64,000 nt of DNA, taken from the NCBI GenBank assembly GCA_964187785.1, contig OZ076409.1, positions 55,926,001 through 55,990,000 on the forward strand, in the 5' to 3' direction. Positions 47,001 through 56,100 of the stretch are shown here, in pieces. Made by a program: the position numbers and the translations under genes. The DNA comes from Amphiscolops sp. MND2022 (taxonomy: Eukaryota). Under the pieces are notes generated by a model that saw only the letters and a list, made by a program, of their open reading frames with translations, did no database searches and was not told the origin of the DNA. How positions within the stretch are numbered: position 1 is the first letter of the stretch; each line of letters opens with the position of its first letter.

Positions 47001-49944
47001 GTTCAGCATTTTGATGTTCAAGAAAAGACCTAAAAACTGGATGATATCATCGGTTGTAATGACAAAACAATGCATTGACAAATCAACAAAAGTTATTTGC
47101 GCATTCAAGCAGACATTTTCAAATTTGAACAATCCGACTGGGTCAGAAGTTTCCTCAGTTACACAATTTACAAGTCAATCAAACATGTAACCAAATATGA
47201 AGAAACAATGAGGATAAAAATTCTTTGAAATGCCTTTATCGAGATTATTTATTTACGAAAAATTTGACAAGTTTTTAACAAAGGCCCGCTGACCATAAAT
47301 TTCAACTCATTTGGCAAGTTTATTCTTTCCAAATTCCTATAATTGTTGACAAAAAAGTGGTTTATGTAAGTCATCTTCTTGATAGTTTAAACTTGCTAGA
47401 AAAACCAAGACCATGGAAATTAATAAAAGTTTCTCTAAATCTAGATGAGTTCAAAACCAAGCGCAGAAAACATCAAACGAAACCAGTTATATTCAAAAAT
47501 GAACGAGAAACGAGTACTAACCTGTTGGTCCAAGTACAGACAAGAACTCTATTCTCTTTATTGATCTTGTTAGCGGCCAGCAATTGGACGATGAGATTGC
47601 CGATGGCGAAGGTCTTACCCATTCCAAAGGGCCCATACAACAGCAGAGGAGGCAGAGGGTGGTCCTTCCTTTCTCTAGGAGACACAAGGGCCATCTTCAT
47701 GAACTGCTGCTGACGTTCATCCAGTTGTGCGAAGTTTCCAACATTCCTTAAAAAATGGTTTAAAAACACCCAACATTCAATATGTAATAATTTATGAAGC
47801 AAATGCGATTATTAACGTAAAGTAAAATCATTGTAAGCATCGTTCAGGTTCCCAAGAACAAACAAATCGAAACACTAACTTTGGCTGGATTTTCAGCGAC
47901 GCCTGTTTCACAAGGCCCATGTCGTTTTTGGGAAACAGATGCATCAACATCTGGTCATCAATAGACTCCAAATTTTGTGCCAGCTTCGAGAATTCAACTT
48001 GATTTAGCTTGAACTGGACTTCGGCATCCTCAAAAACCTGTTTTTCAAAAGTTTCTGTATAATAGTCGTCTGGTAAGAGTCCATAATCAGCCATCCATTG
48101 AGCTGTATCAGGGGTTATTACAACAAAAAGTCTGTCTTTTTGACGCCCATCGAATGCGATTCCGTTATGGTTGGGATTTATGACCATGCATTCAAAAACT
48201 AAATCCTCATCGGCTATTGCCTTGGGACGAAGCCAAATTGATTCAAAGTATGACATGTAGAAAAGAATTCGACCGCGCTCAGTATCCAGAGAAATATTAG
48301 CATCAAGGGGAACTTCTCCGAATAGCAACTCATTTCGACGTCTATCAGGGTAAATAGTGGGCAGCCCACCCGCTTGATCGTCGCCGACTTTTCTCCTGAT
48401 GGTGACATTTGTACGAACGTTGAGCTGTGAAAGCACTTCTTGGCATTGGAAACGCTCAATGTTCATCAACCGGGTCAAGATGTCTTTGTACTCATACTTG
48501 TCGAACGTCCATTTCAGCGGATTCGTCATGTTCATGAAATCGGCAGTAATCACTTCAGACGCCAAATCCTTCATGGGATATTTTTTCAACAATTCTTTGT
48601 CCTCCTCTGTCAGATTGCGGCTTCTGATAACCTGCATAAAAACATCAAAGGAAAATATAATGAATACGACCCTTTTTGTAATGGGAGCAAAAAAGTGAAA
48701 AAATCTTCAAAAAGAGCAGGTTTGGCAAACGTGTTATTTTTGAAAATAAACACTAATTTTTATCAAAACAAGCCGGGAACAGCATTAGTCAGCGCCCTGC
48801 TTAAGGCTCAAAAATAGTAAAAGGACTTCAAAGCGGGAAGTATTCTCTAACACAGTACCCGAAAATCCAAAAGGGGACCAAATTGTTGCAAAATGTCAAA
48901 AAAATGAAGGGGGACATTTTGGAGACATCAAAAAATTTTTGAAAGTCTTACAGTGCCGAAAAAATCGTCCCGGTTTTGTATGTTACGCTAAAAAGAAAGG
49001 AACTATTATGGTTCAGTTCCCTGGGTCAAATGGTACAATTTGGCCATTTAAAATTTTGTAAAACTTTTTAGAACTATTTTGGTCAGTTCATGTGAAGTGG
49101 AAAAAAGCCACTATTATAGTCGCGTTCCACTTTTTGAAGCTCCGAATTGCCTGAAACGAAAAGCCAATTTTCCGCTTTTCTACTGCGAGCTGTCCCCTCA
49201 ACTATCAATGAGTAAATCCGAGTGTCGAAAACATGCGTTCCAAGCCAGATGACGAGGAATTCGCGCTCACAATAGGTCCTGCCAGTGAAAATAAATTTGA
49301 ATTGAAACGTCCCTTATTACCCGATTTCCATCAAGCCTCTGGGGACAGATGTGCATAAATAACTTTCGCCTAAAAGAAAAAATAAATCGCCAAAAATAAG
49401 AAAAAAATAAATAACATGTTAAATAATGTGCCAACCTTGTCCAAGAGCAGAACAAAAGTCCATTAATGGAAACAATTTTGGAAAAAGACGAAAGGCGAAT
49501 GCCTCTTTTTCCATCAGTTTTAGTATTAATTTTGACAGAATGGTTGTAAAAGTCAAGCAATGGAAAAATTAGGTGATCTTTTAGGAAAAAACTTACCTTG
49601 ATGTTTCTTTCGTTCCAAGTGTTGTCTGAGAGCGCTTTGAGTTTGACTTCCTTGAAATCTTTATGGAGCTTATCACTCAAATCGTGCAGTCCTACATCGA
49701 CGACCAGCTCAATTTCCAAATAAGGAAGTTGACTGAAATCGAAAATGATAGACTGCTTAAAGGTTCCCATGATGTTGGACTTGAAGTGAACGTAAAACGT
49801 GAAGTTGTTAGGAATATTGTCCCGGAAATCATTATCATTAACAATCTGGTTGATGAAATCGTCCCGGTCGAGTTGTGTCATTTTGATGCAGAAATGTGAT
49901 CTATGCTTGTCGTGCCAAAGGGCTACTCGTTTCAGAGAATTTTC
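22950..49944 (-). CDS. HELZ: HELZ-like SF1 (UPF1/DNA2 family) RNA helicase, 9 exons in window, 842 aa plus stop, 5' end not found
   Basis: Exons 49597-49944, 47880-48631, 47522-47746, 36174-36329, 35618-35856, 35066-35266, 33327-33596, 31870-32073 and 22950-23083, all GT-AG with compatible phases (2529 nt). Motifs GPFGMGKT, TWTNSAADIYI, DEAGQ, GDPAQ, NYRC, VQGREY and LNTAMSRAK. HELZ versus HELZ2 orthology is not resolved. Confidence 0.85.
23296..23392. repeat. Short tandem repeat, ~30-bp unit, ~3.3 copies
   Basis: TTCGGCGGTTGGAATGAATGTCGGAA(A/T)TGA repeated head to tail. Confidence 0.9.
23573..23815 (-). mobile_element. DINE-1/Helentron-like family 1, truncated copy
   Basis: AACAAGCCGGGAAGGGCCCAAGTCGGC..ATATCTAAGGCTC terminus. 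Confidence 0.65.
25333..25920 (+). pseudogene. Maverick packaging ATPase (A32/FtsK-like)
   Basis: MNKIIFTTDRVFMSVVGPSGWGK(fs)TQLI Walker A; LLNFDD Walker B; RHRGI..IKHNLFHQ; SPRDSQQ. Confidence 0.8.
26810..27415 (+). pseudogene. Maverick integrase, C-terminal part
   Basis: SDKGT, FAEHNNRSLKK, RVNRLTGLAP, KPKFKEGDPVRV..FTKGYKQNYTDEEF, NPPTY; stops and frameshifts. Confidence 0.8.
27420..28240 (+). pseudogene. Maverick minor capsid (penton)-like gene
   Basis: STASM..FKDNTLASFKNQLPQNISLQGDWRVA at the N-terminus; FIYKDLIDYQNTGDVKAPVIR..LQYKK at the C-terminus. Confidence 0.65.
28250..28612 (+). pseudogene. Maverick small basic core-like protein
   Basis: YY.KQ..RQRGSGFG..IGRVALP followed by a K/R-rich tail; internal frameshifts. 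Confidence 0.55.
28616..28790 (+). pseudogene. Truncated Maverick capsid-family (PZ/PY-like) gene N-terminus
   Basis: MLPNVLP..SLDIFER*..IGP..LECEVVGDRNNF, then abrupt truncation. Confidence 0.5.
29645..30334 (-). mobile_element. DINE-1/Helentron-like family 1, divergent subfamily
   Basis: AACAAGCCGGGAACCGCCCCAGTCGGCG terminus; CACTGTAACAGTC..GACTAAAAA at the other end. Confidence 0.6.
30561..31110 (-). mobile_element. DINE-1/Helentron-like family 1 copy
   Basis: Both termini present (AACAAGCCGGGACCGGCCCAAGTCGGCGCC; GCGCCGACTAAAAA); close to the copy at 41418-42092. Confidence 0.75.
31107..31570 (-). mobile_element. Helentron-like non-autonomous repeat, family 2
   Basis: Near-copy of 51231-51760; partial copies at 19833-19990 and 33088-33306. 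Confidence 0.7.
31870..32073 (-). CDS. HELZ: HELZ-like exon (motifs V-VI)
   Basis: GREYRVVILSVVRT..FLSDKKLLNTAMSRAK..VVGD. Confidence 0.9.
33327..33596 (-). CDS. HELZ: HELZ-like exon
   Basis: HYPLVF..SYTNPEE..ICVLAPYHEQV..VNNVQG; AG/GT borders. Confidence 0.9.
35066..35266 (-). CDS. HELZ: HELZ-like exon
   Basis: SPMERMF..NYRCVQPIL..FY; AG/GT borders. Confidence 0.88.
35618..35856 (-). CDS. HELZ: HELZ-like exon (Walker B, motif III)
   Basis: FTHIILDEAGQ..IMAGDPAQ. Confidence 0.92.
36174..36329 (-). CDS. HELZ: HELZ-like exon
   Basis: (S)AADIYIREHL..YCLL completes motif Ia, which is split by the 11.2-kb intron. Confidence 0.88.
36905..37368. mobile_element. hAT-type MITE with degenerate 8-bp TSD
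   Basis: TIRs CAGATGTGTG / CACACCTCTG; flanks ATTTCGGT and ATTCCGAT; subterminal GCGATAGCGTTAGCGA repeats at both ends. Confidence 0.6.
37977..40968 (-). CDS. IQCB1: IQ calmodulin-binding motif-containing protein 1 (nephrocystin-5), 4 exons, 614 aa
   Basis: Exons 40468-40968, 39476-39788, 38661-39277 and 37977-38390 (1845 nt, phases 0/1/0, GT-AG). IQ motifs AARVIQRVYRSF, AALNIQALWRGF and AITIQRWIR. Family signatures DYSRVKGSW, WTGKGF and LPWYKKLG. Confidence 0.9.
39857..40243. mobile_element. ~390-bp TIR element in IQCB1 intron 1
   Basis: TIRs AGAGGCTCTTTTCTGTTCCCACCA / TGGTGGGGGCAGTAAAGAGCTCT; homologous to 10137-10528. Confidence 0.65.
41022..41035 (-). promoter_or_regulatory. Candidate RFX X-box upstream of IQCB1
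   Basis: GTTGCTATGATTAA, 54-67 nt upstream of the ATG; one strong half-site and one degenerate half-site. Confidence 0.4.
41418..42092 (+). mobile_element. DINE-1/Helentron-like family 1, best-preserved copy
   Basis: TTTTTAGTCGGCGC..CGACTA at the 5' end; internal ~120-bp tandem units; GCGCCGACT-GC-rich hairpin-CTTGTT at the 3' end. Confidence 0.8.
42645..42760 (+). repeat. Copia 5' LTR (116 bp)
   Basis: Direct repeat of 46636-46752; 7 substitutions and 2 indels by eye. Confidence 0.95.
46636..46752 (+). repeat. Copia 3' LTR (117 bp)
   Basis: Follows the PPT; contains AATAAA; followed by the TSD. Confidence 0.95.
47522..47746 (-). CDS. HELZ: HELZ-like exon (Walker A)
   Basis: LPPLLLYGPFGMGKT..RVLVCTWTN. 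Confidence 0.92.
47880..48631 (-). CDS. HELZ: HELZ-like exon
   Basis: Long open exon with YK..L..L..IE, ELLFG, EVQFKLN and LFP; AG/GT borders in phase with its neighbours. Confidence 0.85.
48767..49147 (-). mobile_element. DINE-1/Helentron-like family 1, older copy
   Basis: AACAAGCCGGGAAC..AGTCAGCGC terminus and CACTATTATAGTCGCG end; a further remnant lies at 37397-37562. Confidence 0.65.
49597..49944 (-). CDS. HELZ: HELZ-like exon (most 5' exon found)
   Basis: LKRVALWHDKHRSHF..FKSNIMGTFKQSIIFDF; acceptor TTTTAG and donor GTAAGT. Confidence 0.85.
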
Positions 49945-50614
49945 CTAAAACAAGAACATTCATTCGAAATTCATTCATTAGAAATCCCGATTGCAATACT
50001 ATCAGAAAAGGTGGACTCTCCCCAAAGCAATTAATTGACTAGGACGACCAAAATTTTTGTGATGTAGGCTATGTTCTCAGACTACGTTCTCACATGCAGC
50101 TTTCTGTGATATGGTGTTTTAATTTATTTTCAATCAGCGGAATATATTCCGCCCCAAACTGTTTTACTACGACACGATTTTGAGGCTAAAAAGTAACCAA
50201 TACACTATGAAAACGCATAGAAGTTCGAAGGAATTGAAATTTTGACACCTATCTGATTTTTAAAGGAAAAACTTCATTTAGGAAAACGCTGGGTACCGAA
50301 TTGTTTTGATGTTGAACTAAGTGAATGAATACCAGTACCTAACCTACCAATTTTTATGTTTAGTCACCGAAAGCCACCAAAAGTTCCAAGGAATGGAAAA
50401 TTTGATGTTCCCACTCCTTTGGGTCATTTTGACGTGCTCTTCGATAAAAAACTACACATGTCTTTTCCAAAATGCCCGCTGGATACCAGATTCAGTGGAT
50501 GGTGAACATTTACATCATTCTAACAAACGAAAGAGAAATTTACAATCAATATTCATTCAAAAATTGCTTGAAAACGACAAACACGTTTGAATTTTTAGGA
50601 CTATTATTACGTAT

Positions 50615-53112
50615 TCTTTTACGTGGAAAACTGCAAAATTGTAATTTAAAGGCGTACTGCGTAGGTAATCAATTAGTTTGCAGCTTGATGAATAGAAAAT
50701 ACTGAACGAAAATGTCGGAAAAAACTGTACGAGTTCACGGGATTTTTAATTTGGAAGTTTTTTGCAGTAATGATTTTTTTTCGAAACCCGTACTGGTAGC
50801 TATGTTTCAACCCTGAACCTATGTAATTTCTAAATTAAGAAAATATTCTGAAAGTGTCCAAAATTGGGAGTTATCGTCGATAACAAAGAAACTTGCCTGC
50901 ATTTTGTTAAAGAAACTTTTGTCATTTTTGGTTTTTGGGGTAATAGTGAGGCCGATTAAAACAAGAACTCATATTTAAACCTTCAGAAACGACTACTGGA
51001 TACCAGGCTTTTCGTTACTGAGTATTTAAACTTTTGCATGCCACGAAATTGCTCAAAAAGTTTCTAAAAATGATGCCTGTTAATGCCGAAAACTTGAAAT
51101 TATTCGATTAGTTTGGGTCATTTTGAGAAATTTTTGATTTGAAACTTACCTTTTAAAACCGTGCTGCCAACCTAGTTGTATCAAATGGATATTTCGAAGC
51201 TTTCAACTCAATAACCTATTCTATTTTTAAAAATAGGCCCCTCCGGGGCTCAGTACTATTTCTGCTTTAATCTTTATTTTTTTTGAAACAAAAAAATCAT
51301 TAATAAAAGAATCATATCTGGAATACCAATACACTCCTGTTTAATCATTACTTAGAGCACAATTAATCACTGTACAAGTTTACACCGCCTTTAATTCTTC
51401 TCGGACTAAAGAAAATATAACTACTAAGCGTAGACGAAGTTTCGCATCCGCATTTGAATGCAGGCGAAGCTCTCAACGAACGAATAATTAACACTCATTC
51501 GCTTCATCTCAATAACTCGGGGCAACGAAAGCACAATTACGAACATTCGCTCGCTCCATCTCAATGACGTCAGCATACGAATGGATAATTACCACTCGCT
51601 CGTTCCATCGCACTAGAATTGAATTGTCTTCGGCAGCTCTCTCGCTTACACTCACTGCCAACAAAATATCTCAATTATTCAGATCGTCCGAAAAATTGTT
51701 CTGAAAAAAAAAGTAGACGTTTCCAGATTTCAATAATATTCCTGCTAAAGCAGAAATATTAACAATAAATCATTACCATCATAAAAAAAGAACATTTTGA
51801 AATTTTCGACTCATTTGGGGTCATTTTGAGGCACTTCCGTTAAAAGAAACTATTTTTTCGCAAAGAAATTTTTGATACCGCGTTTGTTCGTTGTTGAAAG
51901 TTTTTATTCTAACACACGAAACGTCTCGACAGCTTTACAAATTTTGCAAAATGAAAACGTTGGTCAACATCTGGTACTATTTTTCCAAAACTGTTAATTT
52001 TCCTATCGAAGGCGTACTGTCTGGCTAGATTTTCCGTTTAGAGCCTGATAGCTGAATGAGTTTCAAAAAAAAATCATCCAAAATTGCCGTAAATCCAAAA
52101 AAGTGTCAAATGCGACATTTTTGGGTCCAAGTGGAAGGTATTTCTGACATAAGCATGGGTTATCTCTTCAAAAAGCCTACTTGAAACTATTTATTTGGAA
52201 CGTTTGGATTTCTGGGGCCATTTCTGCGTATTTCTTCACGTGGAAAACTGCAAAATTGTAATTGTAACTTAGAGGCGTAGTGCTTGGGTAGTTATTTAGT
52301 TTGCAGCTTGATCTAAGAGATAGTGAACCAAAGTGTCGAAAAGAACTGAGAGGGTTCACGGGATATTATTTTTTATAATTTATTTTTTGCAGTAGTGCAT
52401 TTTTTCCAGAACCCGTACTGGTAGCTACATGTTTCAACCCTGAACCTATGTAATTTCGAATTTTCGAAAACATTCTGAAAGTGTCCAAAAATGTGAGTAT
52501 GTCGTCGATAAAGAAACTTGACTGCATTTTGTCAAAGAAACTTTTGTCATTTTTAGTTTCTGGTGTTTTTGAGGCCGATTCTAACAAGAACTCATATTTA
52601 AACCTTCAGAAACGACTACAGGAAACCAGGCTTTTCGTTGTCGAGTACTTAAACTTTTGTATGCCACGAAATTGCTCAAAAATGTTACAAAAAAGATGTC
52701 TAATAACATCAAAAACTTGAAAATATTTCAATAGGTTCGGTCATTCTGGGGTATTTTCAAAACTTACCTCTTAAAAGCGTGCTGCCAACCTAGTTGTATC
52801 GTATGGACATTTCGAACCTTTTAACTCAATAACGTATTCTAATATTAACAATAAATCATTACCATCATAAAAAGGAACATTTTGAAATTTTCGACTCATT
52901 AGGGGTCATTTTGAGGCACTTCCGTTAAAAGAAAGTATTTTTTCACAAAGAACCTTTTGATACCGCGTTTGTTCGTTGTTGAAAGTTTTTATTCTAACAC
53001 ACGAATCGTCTCGGCAGCTTTACAAATTTTGCAAAATGAAAACGTTGGTCAACATCTGGTACTATTTTTCCAAAACTGCCAGTTTTCCTATCGAAGGCGT
53101 ACTGTCTGGCTA
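50615..53112. repeat. Local imperfect duplication (50615-52027 versus 52236-53112)
   Basis: Colinear diverged blocks, e.g. ACGTGGAAAACTGCAAAATTGTAA and AAACCTTCAGAAACGACTAC. The 51755-52027 and 52841-53112 blocks are nearly identical. Confidence 0.85.
51231..51760 (-). mobile_element. Helentron-like non-autonomous repeat, family 2, full copy
   Basis: Subterminal inverted repeats TATTTCTGCTTTA / TAAAGCAGAAATA; terminal palindrome AATATTCCTGCTAAAGCAGAAATATT; hairpin GCCCTCCGGGGC at the other end. Confidence 0.75.
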
Positions 53113-56100
53113 ATTAATAAATCAATAACATCGGTCGAAAATATCAAAATGTTTTTCTCATCAAAAAAGCGTATTGAATAGCTACTTCATTCTTGTTTGA
53201 ACGTTTTGACCACTCTAACCTATCAAAACCCTCACAAAATAAACACAAATTGTTTGAAAAACGACAAAAACTGGAATTTTTGTCATTTTTTAGTCTGTCT
53301 ATTCAGCTCAGGAACGAATTGAAGTTGCAACAAAAATATTCGAACTTGCTCGAGCACTTCTTTTGCGCACCTTAACAGTTTTCATTGTTGGAGTACCGCC
53401 TCGAGGTACTGATTAATTACTGCATAAAGTCTTGCAATTAAACGCTGAGCTTAACGCTTTTTGCAACTTACAGAAGCAACCCATTGATATTGTTGGCATC
53501 TTGCAATAACTTTACCACTTGAAGCATATATCTAAATGTCACTTTGAAAAAAGCTTTCGCAAAAGTTCACAAATTACTTAACGAACAGATAAAGAAGTTC
53601 GAACAACCGAAACAGTTCATACTTTTTGGAAATACATACTACATCTCCTTCTTGATCAGATATCCCCTCATTTGGCTTTCACTAATTCAAGTGTCCCGCC
53701 TGCAAGGGGGCTGTGCTCACTTGAATTCAATCACCCTTTTCGTCGTTTTTTCTCGTTGACCTGCCTGCCAGGGGCTGTGCTCAATCGGAAAAACGATAAC
53801 TCCTTCCTCATTTGAAATAAATAGAACATGACTGCAGACGACGAAACAATAAGACTCCTAGCCTAAAGAAGGCCTCATATGGGCGTTGTTACTCGAAAGG
53901 AAAACGAGTTTGACAAACTGAAAAAGAAGCACATTGAAGAAATAACAACAGATGGTCGACTGCTAGCAGAAAAACTGTTAGAACCACTGACTGAAAAATA
54001 GCTGAAATCGGAGAAATCAATCTCAAGATTCTGGAAGGAACTTCCGACGAGGTCTTAGCTGAAACTTTCAAACAAGTTGAAATTGAAACTCAGGTAAAAT
54101 CTTTGATGAAAAGTATTCAAAAGTGGATTACAGAACATACATCTGATGTCGACGAAACATCATCCTTGGCTCAACCCACCGTGACAATGTTCGACTTCCT
54201 GGAATCGAACTGCCTTCTTTTGATGGTCAGTATAAACATTGGAAAACGTCCTTTGATATGTTTACAAGAACTGTGCACGAGGAGCAATCTTTACCAAAAG
54301 TACAAAAGCTTTACTATCTGAAAGTGCTTGAAAAGAGAAGCTAAACGTTCATTCTAATTTGCCTACACTGAAACAAACTGTGATGCAGCTATTCAATTCC
54401 TGGAAGATCGATACAGTTATGAGTTTCTGATCAAGAAAGCTCATTTGAAACATTTTCGAAATTGATTTGATGAAACACGACAGTGCGGAGGACAGTCTGA
54501 TGAAACTAATTGGTATTTTTAATGAAAATGAGATGGCACAAAAATAGTGAATTGACACAAAAAGTTGTGACTTCGTTCAGAAGGATATACTTTCCGAAAA
54601 AACTAGATTCTGAAACTGCTCGTTAATGGCAGTTGGGTAATGCTGATGGAAAATTACAATCAATGGAGCAACTGTGAAAGTTTCTCGAACGTCGTGCTCG
54701 TGCATTTGAGGCATGTGGCCGATCTTTAGAAGCCACTCGCGAGTTTATCCGAGAAAAAAAGGGCTGGAAGAGAAACCTGTCAAAGTTATGAGTCCAATTC
54801 AATGTCTTGTCCTGTGTGTAAAAAGGCACACCGGATATACACCTGTCCAGCTTTCTTGTCTTTATCAAATAGTGAAAGACATTAAAGGATTGAAGAACTT
54901 CGACTTTGCTATAACTGTTTGAAGGAAGGTTATAGTATCAAAAGGCCAATTTTGTAAATAGCACAACACAGTGTTACATCGGATTGATACTGCCTCTGTT
55001 CACGCAACGGAAAAAAACCGCACAACGAATGGCGATACTAAATTAACAGGACATCAGCAAGAGACAAGCTACACAACAGTTCTGCACACTGCTATGGTCT
55101 ACATAATTGATTCGGAAAAATACTTGTACACTGCCGGACTTTATTGGATAATGGCTCGCAACTTAGCTTTATCACTGAAAAATTGGCCGATGCATTGAAA
55201 CTAAACAAAGATGATGTAAACTTGAACCTGAGTGTTATCGGTGGCAAGGCAAAAGATGTCAAAGCAGGTCGTGTAAAACTTGTGTTTCAATCTGGGTCGA
55301 AACAAGCTAATGTATCTGCGTACATTTTGAAACAACCAACAATAGAAAACCAAGAAAACTTCTGAAGGTTCCTACTACACCGACGAATATCTCTTTGGCT
55401 GATCCCAATTTCAATGTTTCCAAACCAGTCGACATATTAGGTGCGGATGTCTTCGTAGAATTGATGAAAAATCAACGCCAGGAGAATTCTCCTGGTTTGT
55501 TTTTACGTAAACTCTTTGGACGGGTGTTGGTTGGAAAACAAAACGCATCAACAAATTCCTTCATATGTTGTCATGCCTCAATGGACGAAACTTTGAGAAA
55601 GTTTCTGGAAGTTGAGACCTCACAGAAAGTTGCCAACTGAAAAAGAAATACGATGTGAGAAAATCTCAACAAACCCAAGAATTGTCGACAATCGTTTCGT
55701 AGTAAGTTGTCATTTAAATAGGACGCAATTTCGGGTACAGCTTAACTCAAGCTCAACGCAGATTCAGTTCACTGGAACGTCGGTTAGACACTAATCCCGA
55801 ATTAAGAAAACGGTATGGTGCTTTCGTTTACGAATTTGTTTCACTCGACCACATGGAAGTCGTTCGTGAAAGAGATCAACAAACCTGATAGTGAAGTTCA
55901 TTATCTACCTCATCTTTGTGTCTTTAAAGAAGACTCAACAACAAAGAATTAACGTGTGGTCTTCGATGGTTCTGCGAAGACTTTCAATTGGCTTTCACTG
56001 AACGAAAGTCTCATGGCTGGACCAGTTGTTCAGAATGATTGGTTTACTATTTCGAATCAATTCCGTTGCAAGCCCATGGCGCTATCAGCGGACATTGCCA

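Noticed and set aside
53380..53650. 5' LTR of the BEL/Pao element
   Set aside because: No visible match to the putative 3' LTR starting at 61813, and no clear PBS.
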